Positions 38,058-47,868 of a stretch of 64,000 bases of DNA are shown here, in pieces (the first letter of the stretch is position 1; the number at the start of each line of letters is the position of its first letter). The notes beneath the pieces were generated by a model. It saw only the letters and a list, made by a program, of their open reading frames with translations. It had not been told where the DNA came from and searched no databases. Made by a program: the position numbers and the translations under genes. This DNA comes from an uncultured Pseudomonadales bacterium (lineage in GTDB: Bacteria; Patescibacteriota; Microgenomatia; UBA1400; CAYNMC01): the NCBI GenBank assembly GCA_964414895.1, contig CAYPXO010000001.1, positions 26,999 through 90,998 of the forward strand, written 5' to 3'.

Positions 38058-39011
38058 TTAGAAGCAAGAAACCTTCGAGAACTCCGACAACTCGTCCAAA
38101 AACAAAACTCCCCGGTGAGCCAAGGAAATTTCTCCAGGAGCCGGTTTAGAGCCACCGCCAATAAGACCAATCCGAGAAATAGTGTGGTGAGGACTTCTAA
38201 AAGGGCGGTGTTTAACAATGGAAAATTGAGCGGGTAAGTTGCCAGTTATAGAATAAGTCTTGGTTACTTCTAATGCCTCTTCTTCTGTCAACTTAGGTAA
38301 AATTGAAGGAAAACTGCGCGCCAGCATTGTTTTACCGGCACCCGGGGGGCCAATCATCAAAACATTGTGTCCGCCAGCCGCCGCTATTTCCAAAGCTCTT
38401 TTGGCATTCTCCTGACCGCTAATCTCTGCCATATCAAATTCAAAATCAAATTTCTTGTTTAGTTGACTAAATCTGACATGCTTTTGGAAAATTATCTCTT
38501 TTAATCCCGAAAAATGATGAAAAAGCTGCAATAGAGAAACAACCGGAAATACCTTTATTCTTTTTATAATCGCTGCTTCTTTGGCATTGACTGCTGGCAA
38601 AAACAGATTTCTTAACTTTAACTGTCTAGCTAAGATCGCCATTGGCAGCACCCCATTAGTATGGCGAAGAGAGCCATCTAGCGACAATTCCCCTAAAACT
38701 AGAGAGTCAGAAAGAGAACTATCAAGCTGGCCTGAAGCTATCAAAATCCCCAAAGCCATCGGTAAATCATAAGCCGGTCCTTCTTTGGGTAAATCGGCGG
38801 GAGTTAAATTAATAGTAATTCTGTGAATAGGAAAATCGCAGCCAGTATTTTTTAAAGCTGCCCTTATTCTTTCTTTGGCTTCTTCAACTGCTTTGCCAGG
38901 CAAACCAACAATGTTAAAACGGGGAAGGCTCTTTGAAGAAATATCTACCTCTACCTCAACAGGGACAGATTCCAAACCAACAGTTGCTCCGGAAATAACT
39001 TTAGCCAACAT
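38058..39011 (-). pseudogene. comM: 5' half of comM (YifB/Mg-chelatase-like AAA+), interrupted by the prophage
   Basis: Canonical N-terminus, GPPGAGKT, PFRSPHH and GVLFLDE, then foreign residues (FSKVSCF*); only 317 aa versus the usual ~500. Confidence 0.9.
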
Positions 39012-39021
39012 AACAGTTACT

Positions 39022-39126
39022 TGTCATCCTGAAGCGTAGTGAATCCAGTTCCGATTAAATCAAACTGCATAAATACGCTCTTACTAGATCCTATCACTCG
39101 GCTTTCAGCCGGGTTCCAGAATGACA
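39022..39126. repeat. Palindromic REP-like element (GTCATCCTG...AGAATGAC)
   Basis: Terminal inverted repeat TGTCATCCTGAA / TCCAGAATGACA; related copies at 63584-63697. Confidence 0.65.
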
Positions 39127-39147
39127 AATGACAAGGTGCCAGGAAAC

Positions 39148-40104
39148 TCATGGAAACTCATTTCTTTCACAGCTCCCTTGAGAAAAAATTTGGTAAACTT
39201 GAGAGGAAAAATCGGCAATTTTTGTTTCCGCTTGAGGGACACTGTTAGTCAAAACCACTAAGATATAAGGAGTCTTGGCAAAAACAAAACCAGCATCATG
39301 AACATTTCCCTGCCAAGTGCCGTATTTGTGGGCAACAATAACCTCTTTTGGCACACCGGCCGGAATTCGATTTTCATTAATAGTATTTTGCATCACTCTA
39401 AATAAAAATTCCTGGTCCTTTTTATCTGCCAGTTTTCTTTCATAAATCTTTCCCAAAAGCAAAAAGACATCTTCTGCTGTCATTGTGTTGGTATAAATAT
39501 TAGAATTTCTCAAGCCATTCTCTTCCAAAATCTTCTGGGTTCTAGCCAAGCTGGCTAAAGCCCCCAAGTCTGCCCATTGATTATTATCACTTCTGTTGAC
39601 CATCAAAGTAAGCTTTTCTTTTAGACTCATACCCCCAAAAGAAAACTCAAGCTCTTTTTTATTTTCCTTCATCCAATCAAAAACAGAAACAGCGGTTGCC
39701 AGTTTCATTACCGAAGCGACGTGAAATTTATCTTCACTTCTAAAAGAAAATTTCTCATTCCGGATCAAATCATAAACAACCACACCCCACCGGCCTTCTT
39801 GATTAGACAACCAGAAAGAAAGCTTCTCTTGACAAGCCTCTGAGTCTAAAAGTGGCGCCTGATCAACAACCAGTCGATAGGGTATTGGGTAAGGAATTGG
39901 CAAATTCTTTGTCCCTAAAACCATCTCTTCTGGCAAAAATTGATCAACTTCTTGCAATCCTCCTTTAGAAAAAACTCCTGCGCGGCGCAAAGAAATGGGG
40001 ACTTGAGGAAAAATTGGATAAGAAACGCTAGGGAAAGAAAAAAATAAAACTAAAAAAAGCGCTATAATAGAAAGAATAATCAAAGGAGGATTTCTTTTTT
40101 TCAC
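39148..40104 (-). CDS. Class A beta-lactamase-like serine hydrolase
   Basis: ASVMK (SxxK), SDN, HKYG motifs; N-terminal TM. Confidence 0.8.
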   Translation of the reverse strand: MKKRNPPLIILSIIALFLVLFFSFPSVSYPIFPQVPISLRRAGVFSKGGLQEVDQFLPEEMVLGTKNLPIPYPIPYRLVVDQAPLLDSEACQEKLSFWLSNQEGRWGVVVYDLIRNEKFSFRSEDKFHVASVMKLATAVSVFDWMKENKKELEFSFGGMSLKEKLTLMVNRSDNNQWADLGALASLARTQKILEENGLRNSNIYTNTMTAEDVFLLLGKIYERKLADKKDQEFLFRVMQNTINENRIPAGVPKEVIVAHKYGTWQGNVHDAGFVFAKTPYILVVLTNSVPQAETKIADFSSQVYQIFSQGSCERNEFP

Positions 40105-40202
40105 TAGAAGATATTATTGACAAGAAAATAAAAAAAAGCAAATTGACAAAAAAAGGCTCTTTGCTATATTCAAAAAATCTTACGATGAAAGAGTAAAAAC
40201 AA

Positions 40203-41018
40203 ATGACTAGCGAAACCAAAACCAACCCTCAATATTTTTATAAACTATTACAAGAAGTTCTTAAAGAAGAAGAGTTTAGTCTTTTCTCTCTCAAAGAAAT
40301 AGAACAAAGATATGCCCAATATTATATTAAAGTAGATCCAACTCAAGGTGACAGATGTGTTGATGATCGCTTTATTTTAGAAAACCTCGGTGAAGAATAT
40401 TCATATGACAAAGGTAAATACACCGGCCGCCAGTTCCCCGGCGGCACTTTTGGCATAATTGGCGTCTTAAGGGTACTGACAGGGTTAAATGAAGAGCAGG
40501 TAAGAAAACTTGTGCTGCAAGTTTATGAAGAAAATGGCTGGCAGATTGGCGACCATATTGATGACGACCACAACCAAATCACCGATGTTGAGATTCTGGA
40601 CTTGCGAAATAGGGGTTGTGGCCATGAGGACAAAATAAGAGAAGGAGCTCTTCCTTTATATCAAAAGATTGTTACTTCACAAGAAGTAGATAAAAGATTT
40701 GAGTGGATAAGGAAACAAGGCGGCTATTTACCAGTTTTAACAGGAAACCATTTGGCAGAAGCGGCTGGCGTCAACCTGATTGCCAATGAAACTTTTGGTA
40801 ATAAAGAGGCGGTTTCCAACAAAGATCATTTTTTTAACTGTGATTTGGCTACGGTTGCCGAAGTTGCCCAAAAACTATATCAGCCAATTAGCAACGAAAG
40901 TTGGTTCTCGGGAGACAAACAAATTTTTGTTGATAAATTTATCAAAACAGTGACTAGAGACTATCTGCAAACCTTAGCCGCTCTAAGTGAGATAAGAGAA
41001 ATACAAGTCTTCCAATAA
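40203..41018 (+). CDS. Hypothetical protein, zeta/cadmium carbonic anhydrase-like
   Basis: RCVDDR...PGG..G...HID...GCG; promoter TTGACA-16-TATATT at 40143-40170. Confidence 0.45.
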   Translation: MTSETKTNPQYFYKLLQEVLKEEEFSLFSLKEIEQRYAQYYIKVDPTQGDRCVDDRFILENLGEEYSYDKGKYTGRQFPGGTFGIIGVLRVLTGLNEEQVRKLVLQVYEENGWQIGDHIDDDHNQITDVEILDLRNRGCGHEDKIREGALPLYQKIVTSQEVDKRFEWIRKQGGYLPVLTGNHLAEAAGVNLIANETFGNKEAVSNKDHFFNCDLATVAEVAQKLYQPISNESWFSGDKQIFVDKFIKTVTRDYLQTLAALSEIREIQVFQ

Positions 41019-41029
41019 AATATAAACCT

Positions 41030-41722
41030 CTATTTTTTCTTTTTCATCTCTTTTCTAAAACCTTCATACCACTCCGTTAAAATCTGAGAAACAACATCTT
41101 TGGCTCCCAGACCAATAGCCAAACCCAGGCCCAAAGCAAACATTGCCACCACACCAATAAAAAGAATGTTTATCAACGATTGGGCAATTCCCAGTTCATT
41201 GACGGTCGCCAAAACAGCAAAAATAACTACTAAGTAGCTGGCAAATTTACCGGCCAACCGAGCAACTTTTATATCTACCTGACCAACCGCTCCTTTAACC
41301 AAACTTTCCACCAAGCCAGCCAACAAAACTCCGGCAGTTAAAATAAAAGCAGCCGATAAAACCTTAGGCACATAACCCAAAACTCTATCCAAAAGGGTAG
41401 AAACGCTAGAAAGACCTAGAATATTAACAGTGGCAATAAAAAAAACAAAAATGACAATCCATTTAACTACATTGCCCAAAATTTCCTCCATTTTTATTTT
41501 AACCTCTGCCTTCTCAAGAAATTTTTCTAAACCGGTCTTTTTAAGAATGTGGCTTAATCTTAGTCTTGAAAGCAAATCTGTTGTTAGGCTTTTTAACCAT
41601 CTGGCTAAAAGTAAACCAATAAGAAAAACACAAACAGCCGCTAAAAGACTGGGCAAAAAAGAAAAAACACTTTGCAAAACTGAAGTTGAAGCATTCAGTA
41701 AGGCATCTTGCCAATTAGACAT
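41030..41722 (-). CDS. TM-helix repeat (MscS N-terminal/CmpX-like) membrane protein
   Basis: FLPSLLAA..., GLAIGLGAKD; start MSNWQD after SD. Confidence 0.8.
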   Translation of the reverse strand: MSNWQDALLNASTSVLQSVFSFLPSLLAAVCVFLIGLLLARWLKSLTTDLLSRLRLSHILKKTGLEKFLEKAEVKIKMEEILGNVVKWIVIFVFFIATVNILGLSSVSTLLDRVLGYVPKVLSAAFILTAGVLLAGLVESLVKGAVGQVDIKVARLAGKFASYLVVIFAVLATVNELGIAQSLINILFIGVVAMFALGLGLAIGLGAKDVVSQILTEWYEGFRKEMKKKK

Positions 41723-41726
41723 TTTA

Positions 41727-41778
41727 TTCACCCCCTTCCTTGCCCGCCTAAATTTCTGGCAGTCCGCCTCTGGCGGAT
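41727..41778. repeat. 52-bp dispersed repeat carrying an SD (copy 1)
   Basis: 50/52 identical to 57058-57109. Confidence 0.85.
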
Positions 41779-41870
41779 GAGCGCGCCATAAAAATTTGGC
41801 GGGTCTGTGTCTCTACTTACTTCCATTCTAACTAATCTTTAAAACAGATGTCAAATCTGGTATAATCAGG

Positions 41871-42290
41871 TTGGGGAAATTGAAGTGACACCCGTCTAAC
41901 TTTCTAGGCGATATTTACCCGTCAAGATTTCAGGCGATATAGCCTGAAATATCGCCGGGCAAGCCTGAAAGTTTGTTGGGAGGAAAGTCCAGACTGCTGG
42001 AAGCAAGGTGGTCCGCCGCAAGGCGGACAGTCCGATGTAATCTCGGACCTCGATAGGACCACAGAAACTAAGTCGGCCCTGTACCGTCTGGTATGGGGTA
42101 CGAGTGAAAAGTCCCCAAAAGGGGAATCCCGACGTTACGTCGGGAGGGTAACCCGCCCTGCAGCAACTTCCGACCGGCTCCCTTGAGGATGCTTCCCCAA
42201 ACCCTGACGTCACGTCGGGGGAGAGCCAAAGTTTGAAGGCAAAGAGAGATGTCACTATAAAACAGAATCTGGCTTACAAATTTTTCCCAA
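41871..42290 (+). ncRNA. rnpB: RNase P RNA
   Basis: GAGGAAAGTCC and AACAGAATCTGGCTTA universal motifs; P1 TTGGGGAAATTTG / CAAATTTTTCCCAA; TGgTATAAT promoter. Confidence 0.93.
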
Positions 42291-42296
42291 GAAAAA

Positions 42297-43271
42297 TCAA
42301 GAACCTCTTTTAAGAAGATAAAATTCTGCTACTACTGTCTTTAAAACTAAAAAAGTAGGCAAAGACAAAATCGCCCCTCCTGCTCCTCCCAGTTTAAAAC
42401 CAATAAGTAAACAAATCAAACTTATAATTGGGTTAATGCCAGCCGCATGCTGCATCACTTGAGGAACAACAATATGGTTCTCTAACTGCTGGACAGCAAT
42501 GGAAAGAAACAAAGCCCCTAACGCCAAAGCCGGAGACATAGATAAACCAACCAAAATTGCCGGAATCGCAGCTAGGGTCGGGCCAATATTGGGCACCAGT
42601 TCCAAAAGACCAGCTAAAACTGCCAAAGGAACAGCAAACTCCAAACCTAAAATCTTAAAACCAATATAAGAAATAAAACCAACTATCAACATCAATAAAA
42701 ATTGGCCTCTAACCCAACCGCCAATATGTTTCTCTACTTTATTAACAACTTCCAAAACTATCTTCTCTTTCCTTTTATTGGCAAAAAGAACCTTCAAATA
42801 TTTGGGTAGTCTTTTTCTCTCCAGTAAAAAATAAAAAGTGAGAACCAAAACCGTAAATGTTCCCAGTAAATTAGAAAAAGCGCTCAGTAGGAATTTAAAA
42901 ACACTTCCGGGAACAGCAGCCAATTCAGGAACAATCATGTCCGGCTTAACACTATCGATCACTCCTGTTTCTTTTAAAATATCAGGAAGACTATTTAAGA
43001 AAACAACACTTTGTTCAACAATTGGAGGAATTATAGAATAAAAAGTAGCTACTAAGATAGCAATTATAAAGAGATAAATAAAAAAAATCGCCAGGGATCG
43101 GGGGAGTCTTACTTTTTCTAAAAAATTAACTAAAGACCCAAAAGCAGCGGTTAAGATAAGGGAAATAAAAATAAGAAGCAAAATTACTCTAATTTGGTAT
43201 AAAAACCAAAGAGAAATTAAAAAAGAAACAGTAAAAATGACAGTTCGGTGAGAGATCTCAATTTTCTCCAA
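42297..43271 (-). CDS. AI-2E family transporter
   Basis: W.RGQ; ELVPNIGP; QQLENH..VP motifs. Confidence 0.9.
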   Translation of the reverse strand: MEKIEISHRTVIFTVSFLISLWFLYQIRVILLLIFISLILTAAFGSLVNFLEKVRLPRSLAIFFIYLFIIAILVATFYSIIPPIVEQSVVFLNSLPDILKETGVIDSVKPDMIVPELAAVPGSVFKFLLSAFSNLLGTFTVLVLTFYFLLERKRLPKYLKVLFANKRKEKIVLEVVNKVEKHIGGWVRGQFLLMLIVGFISYIGFKILGLEFAVPLAVLAGLLELVPNIGPTLAAIPAILVGLSMSPALALGALFLSIAVQQLENHIVVPQVMQHAAGINPIISLICLLIGFKLGGAGGAILSLPTFLVLKTVVAEFYLLKRGS

Positions 43272-43327
43272 GAAGATTCATTAATCGTTACCCATCGAGC
43301 AACAATCAATATTTTGATATTTGATAT

Positions 43328-44332
43328 TTAATTTTTGATATTTTTAATATACCATTGCTTAACCACCTTTTCAATCCGCACCTGATAGTTAGAGCTTTCT
43401 ATATCAAACCATTTAACTCCTTTTAGTTTCTTAAAAAAAGTCAGCTGCCGACGGGCTAGACCATGCTCGTTATATTTCCATCGCTGGCTAATTTCTGGTA
43501 AAGTTTTTTTACCTTCAAAGCAGTCCTGCCAAACTCGATAGCCAGTAGCAGAAAAAGAAGGCAGATCAAAACTATGACCTTTTTGCAAAAGCGATTTTAC
43601 TTCTTTCTCTGCTCCTTGTTTGATCCTTTTATCGACTCGTTTATCAATTCTTTGATACAAAATCTTGCAATCTTTTGTCCTCAAGCCCATAATCAACAAT
43701 TTATTAATTTTTAATTTTGAATTGCAGTTTTGAATTTTGAATTTTGAATTTTGAATTTTCTTTGCTATTTCTATTGCTCGAATTAGCCTCCTGGGGTTAT
43801 TTCTATCCGACTCGTTCATCCTCTTTAATCTCTCCGGGTCTACTCTCTTTAATTTTCCCCTCAATTGCTCAATTGCCTCATTGCTCAATTGCTTGCGTAA
43901 TTCCCAATCCGGTTTTAGTCCTAGCGACTCCGCTCCTTCAAGCAGAGCCTTTATCCAAAAACCGCTTCCACCAACTACAATCGGCAACTTTTTTCTTTTC
44001 CAAATATCTTCAATAACAATTTTGGCAAACCTAACAAAATGGGCAACACTAAACTTTTGGTCCGGCTGACAAATATCAATCAACCAAATAGGAACATTGT
44101 CAAGCAACCTATAACCAATCTCGTAATTTTTAATTTTAAGTTTCAATTTGGAATTTGGAATTTGGAATTTGGAATTTTGAGGTATATCCTTTCCTGTCCC
44201 AATACTCATCTCTTTATAGACCTGCCTGGAATCGGCCGAAACAATCTCGCCAGAGAACTTTTTCGCCAGCTTCACTCCCAAAGCGGTTTTTCCCGTTGCC
44301 GTTGGTCCGCCAATAACAAGAAGTTTATTCAT
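43328..44332 (-). CDS. miaA: tRNA dimethylallyltransferase
   Basis: GPTATGKT, SADSRQVY, IGTGK, VGGSG, RRQLTFF. Confidence 0.95.
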   Translation of the reverse strand: MNKLLVIGGPTATGKTALGVKLAKKFSGEIVSADSRQVYKEMSIGTGKDIPQNSKFQIPNSKLKLKIKNYEIGYRLLDNVPIWLIDICQPDQKFSVAHFVRFAKIVIEDIWKRKKLPIVVGGSGFWIKALLEGAESLGLKPDWELRKQLSNEAIEQLRGKLKRVDPERLKRMNESDRNNPRRLIRAIEIAKKIQNSKFKIQNCNSKLKINKLLIMGLRTKDCKILYQRIDKRVDKRIKQGAEKEVKSLLQKGHSFDLPSFSATGYRVWQDCFEGKKTLPEISQRWKYNEHGLARRQLTFFKKLKGVKWFDIESSNYQVRIEKVVKQWYIKNIKN

Positions 44333-45516
44333 CTTCTATTTATCATCTTTTCTAGAATTTGCCATCTTCGTTTTTTCTCTTTGTAAGAAACAGGGTCACC
44401 CAGCCTGTAAGCAGCCGTACCTGGGCGAGGGGAATATTTGGCAATATAGGCTTTTTCAAAACCGACTTGCCTGCAGAGTTTAACCGTATTTTCAAATTGT
44501 TTTTTAGTTTCTCCAGGAAAACCAACAATAATATCAGTGCCGATTTTAATATCCGGAATCCTCTCTCTAATTCGTTTAATTAAACCAAGATACTTTTTGG
44601 CCGTGTATTGACGGTTCATTTTTTTTAAAATCTCATCATCGCCAGATTGAGCTGGTAAATGTAAATAGCGGTCAATTTTTGGTAACCTTATCGCCTCAAT
44701 AATATCGTCAGTTAAGTCTTGAGGGTTGGAAGTAATAAAAGAAATCTTCTCCAAGCCCTTAATTTTATGCAATTCTCTCAGAAGTTTCGCAAATGGAGTA
44801 ATCTCAGTATTCTCAGCAAAATTCTGTGATCTCAGTGTTGCAGTTTTTCCATTCGAGCGGTCTCCCAACCTCTTCCCATATGAATTAACATTCTGTCCCA
44901 GCAAGGTTACATGCTTATAGTCGCGCTTAACCAATTCTTTTACCTCACAAACAATCTCCTCGAATGGACGGGAGACTTCCCGACCCCGGCCATAGGGAAC
45001 AACACAATAGGTGCAAAAATTATCACAACCTCTCATAATCGGCACCCACTTGCCCGCCGAAGCATCCCGAACGGAACGCGGCTGAATAAGCCGATGTGGA
45101 GTTTCGAGAGCGGAGGCGGGAGCATCAGACAAAGATTTAACATCCTTAATCAAATCTTGAAGTTTAACAAACTCGTCCACCCCTGGTAACATCTTTTTTA
45201 ATCTCGAAAGACTATACCGCAACATGCAACCAGTAAGAATAATTTTGGGCTTATTAACTTTTAAGTTTTTCGCTATAGCTTTTAGCTTGTAGCTTTTAGC
45301 TTGTAGCTTGGTCAAGTTTCTAACCTGACCGATCACCCGATCTTCCGCACTTTGTCTCACTGAACAAGTATTAATAACCACCACATCAGCTTCTTCAACT
45401 AACTTTGCTGGTTTGTAACCCTTCTGTTCATAACCTGCAGCAATTTTCTCCGAATCCGCCTTATTCATCTGACACCCATAAGTCTTAATATAATAGGTTC
45501 TTGATCTACTTGACAT
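44329..45516 (-). CDS. miaB: tRNA methylthiotransferase, apparently without TRAM domain
   Basis: TYGCQMN, NTCSVR, GCDNFCTYC, IIVGFPGET, YSPRPGT. Confidence 0.9.
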   Translation of the reverse strand: MSSRSRTYYIKTYGCQMNKADSEKIAAGYEQKGYKPAKLVEEADVVVINTCSVRQSAEDRVIGQVRNLTKLQAKSYKLKAIAKNLKVNKPKIILTGCMLRYSLSRLKKMLPGVDEFVKLQDLIKDVKSLSDAPASALETPHRLIQPRSVRDASAGKWVPIMRGCDNFCTYCVVPYGRGREVSRPFEEIVCEVKELVKRDYKHVTLLGQNVNSYGKRLGDRSNGKTATLRSQNFAENTEITPFAKLLRELHKIKGLEKISFITSNPQDLTDDIIEAIRLPKIDRYLHLPAQSGDDEILKKMNRQYTAKKYLGLIKRIRERIPDIKIGTDIIVGFPGETKKQFENTVKLCRQVGFEKAYIAKYSPRPGTAAYRLGDPVSYKEKKRRWQILEKMINRR

Positions 45517-45892
45517 ATAAAGTTATAAGAGTTATTAAATCTGCCTGCCCGCCTAAATTTCCTGAATGAAACACGGCGGAATACGCCGAGTGAAATATCA
45601 AGAATATTTGGTGGGGCAGCCAAAGGTCTTAATAAAGTAAGTCTTATTCATAGCCTATTTTACCATCTCTTCTCTAAAAACCTGAGAGAAATGGAGAGAC
45701 TAAAAGAGAAGTAATAATAATTGCGGAAAGATATCCAGGTCAGTTTAACCTAAACAAAACAAATTATTTGCCAAAAAACATTTCTTGCTTATTACCAGCT
45801 GAAATTATTAAAACCTCTCAAATCAAAAAGAGTTAATACTTGTTATTAAATTTCTCTTATGGAATACTAAAATGAGGGCAAATTGAATATTA

Positions 45893-47062
45893 TTGAATAT
45901 TATGGAAGCAAAAAATCCAGCAACTCAAAACCAAAATCTTCCTCCAACAGGCCAACAAACACCACCTCTTACTACCTTGCAACCACAACCTGATGTACAA
46001 AAAAAAGATAACAAATTTTTTAAAATTTTTATCTATGTTTTAATTAGCGTATTTCTTGTGGGTTCTTTGGTTTTTGGTTTTTGGTTTTATCAAAAAGAGA
46101 AAGTAACTAAAGAGCCTGAACTTTCACCAGCTCCATTTACTAAACCTACTCCGAGCTCATTAACAAACTCCACAACTAAGCCAGATAGTCTGATGTCCGA
46201 ATGTAAATCTAATGAAAAAAAACATGTCAATAACTATATAGGGCTTTCTTTCTGCTACCCATCAAATCTGGAATATTATAGAACAACTAAAGAAGGAGCT
46301 TTTTCAGGTTCCATAAATGAATACTTCAAAGAGTCTGGCTCAAATAAAAAAGACCTATTCAATTTTTATTTTATAAGAAAAAAATTTGATAAAGATAAGC
46401 ATTATGAACAGGGCTGGGACATCAAACAAATTTCATCAAACCTAATTATTAATCCAATATACGCCATGACAGCTCCCAAAGATTACCTTATAAAAAATAT
46501 AAAGGAAAAGAAATTTAATGATAATACTTACTACACTTACAGATACAGCTCAGGTAAAAACAATTACTCTGTATATATTTACCCTAGAAATGATTGCTAT
46601 TATAAATTTACCTTCAATGAGGATAATGAAGCATTAATAAAAAGGGGCCTCAGTTCAGCAATATACCATGACAGTGTATATTTAAATATTTTTAAATTGG
46701 GAAAGACTACTAGCAACTCCAGGATAAATCTGGAAGAGTCATATGTTCCGCTTGGATGGGAATATGAAAATACCAACAATGAAACAAAACTATTCTATAA
46801 AGGAAAAGTAGGAGAGGCTACTGTAAAAATTATAGCAGATGGTAAAAGCGAGCTTTATAAATACTTAAAAGAAAGGTGTGATTATCGCACTGGCCGTTTC
46901 AGCTATGATACTCCTGATAATGAAATTGAAGAAATAAAAAATAAGTTTGGTTGCGAAAAAGTCAATTATTTCCGAACAGTAGTTATTAGACCTAAAACAG
47001 CTAGGCTGTTCTTTCTAAATTCACTTTTCATAACTTTTCAAGTTCATCTTCAAAGCATATGA
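45893..47062 (+). CDS. Membrane-anchored hypothetical protein; C-terminus possibly replaced
   Basis: Single TM, low GC; last ~25 codons lie within the direct repeat. Confidence 0.65.
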   Translation: MNIMEAKNPATQNQNLPPTGQQTPPLTTLQPQPDVQKKDNKFFKIFIYVLISVFLVGSLVFGFWFYQKEKVTKEPELSPAPFTKPTPSSLTNSTTKPDSLMSECKSNEKKHVNNYIGLSFCYPSNLEYYRTTKEGAFSGSINEYFKESGSNKKDLFNFYFIRKKFDKDKHYEQGWDIKQISSNLIINPIYAMTAPKDYLIKNIKEKKFNDNTYYTYRYSSGKNNYSVYIYPRNDCYYKFTFNEDNEALIKRGLSSAIYHDSVYLNIFKLGKTTSNSRINLEESYVPLGWEYENTNNETKLFYKGKVGEATVKIIADGKSELYKYLKERCDYRTGRFSYDTPDNEIEEIKNKFGCEKVNYFRTVVIRPKTARLFFLNSLFITFQVHLQSI

Positions 47063-47081
47063 TCGTGAGTCAATCTGGTGA
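47037..47081. repeat. 45-bp exact direct repeat, copy 1
   Basis: TTCAAGTTCATCTTCAAAGCATATGATCGTGAGTCAATCTGGTGA, also at 49315-49359. Confidence 0.9.
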
Positions 47082-47103
47082 AGTAAAAACTGCTAAATTA
47101 GGA

Positions 47104-47526
47104 TTACTTTTCTAAAATTTTTAAAAACTCTCTTGGAGTAACAATTTTAATATTTTTAAAACTTTTTAACTTCAAAAGATGCTTATCACCAGAAATAATC
47201 CATTTTGCTTTACCTTGCAAAGCACAAGCTAAAAACTTATCATCAGCTGGATCCTCAACAATAATTTCTAATTTCTGTTTTGGCTCAATTATTGCGCAAT
47301 CCTTTTCTAAAGACTTTTTTACTCTTTTTATCTTTTCTTCTGATAACTGATATCTTCTTTTGATTTTTGGCCGCTTTAAAACATCCAAGATCTCATCAAT
47401 AACCTTCTGCGAAACTACCAAGTTGATCTTTTTTGTTTGCCAGAGTTTGAGAATTTTTCTTGGGGCTCCTTTGGGAGAAATTAGTCCGCTAACAACTACA
47501 TTTGTATCCAAAACCACCTTGCTCAT
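47104..47526 (-). CDS. PIN-domain toxin
   Basis: VVLDTNV; DPADDKFL; ISGDKHLL. Confidence 0.9.
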   Translation of the reverse strand: MSKVVLDTNVVVSGLISPKGAPRKILKLWQTKKINLVVSQKVIDEILDVLKRPKIKRRYQLSEEKIKRVKKSLEKDCAIIEPKQKLEIIVEDPADDKFLACALQGKAKWIISGDKHLLKLKSFKNIKIVTPREFLKILEK

Positions 47527-47804
47527 TTACCTCTCACTTTATCAACTGCTTCAGCCACATCGTTCTTAACTTGAGAAAAAGGAACATTTTTGTTTTCCTC
47601 GGCAATCGCAAAAAGTTCTCGAAAACGTTCTTCTCTTGCCCTCTCTGCCTGTCTACTTAATTCCAGCAAATCCTCTAGGTTAATCAAAACTGCCATTGGC
47701 CGACCCATTTTTTGTAGTAAAAACTGCTGACCTTGATAATATACCTGGCTTAAAAGCTCAGAAAAATTATTTCTTGCCTGACTGACGCTTATTGTTCTGG
47801 TCAT
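47523..47804 (-). CDS. Phd/YefM antitoxin
   Basis: ISVSQARNNFSELL...GRPMAVLI; overlaps the toxin. Confidence 0.9.
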   Translation of the reverse strand: MTRTISVSQARNNFSELLSQVYYQGQQFLLQKMGRPMAVLINLEDLLELSRQAERAREERFRELFAIAEENKNVPFSQVKNDVAEAVDKVRGK

Positions 47805-47868
47805 ATTTTATCTCCTTTCTGTCTTTAGAATAGCAATAATTGTACAATTTGTCAATTTTGTATTTTTT

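Larger units (their letters stand above)
1..38080. mobile_element. Prophage (podovirus-like), left end outside window, integrated in comM
   Basis: Co-oriented terminase, portal, capsid, tail and lysis genes; terminal tyrosine integrase; abrupt composition change and truncated comM at ~38,060-38,100. Confidence 0.95.

Noticed and set aside
41896-42255. 119-aa minus-strand ORF
   Set aside because: Antisense shadow of RNase P RNA.
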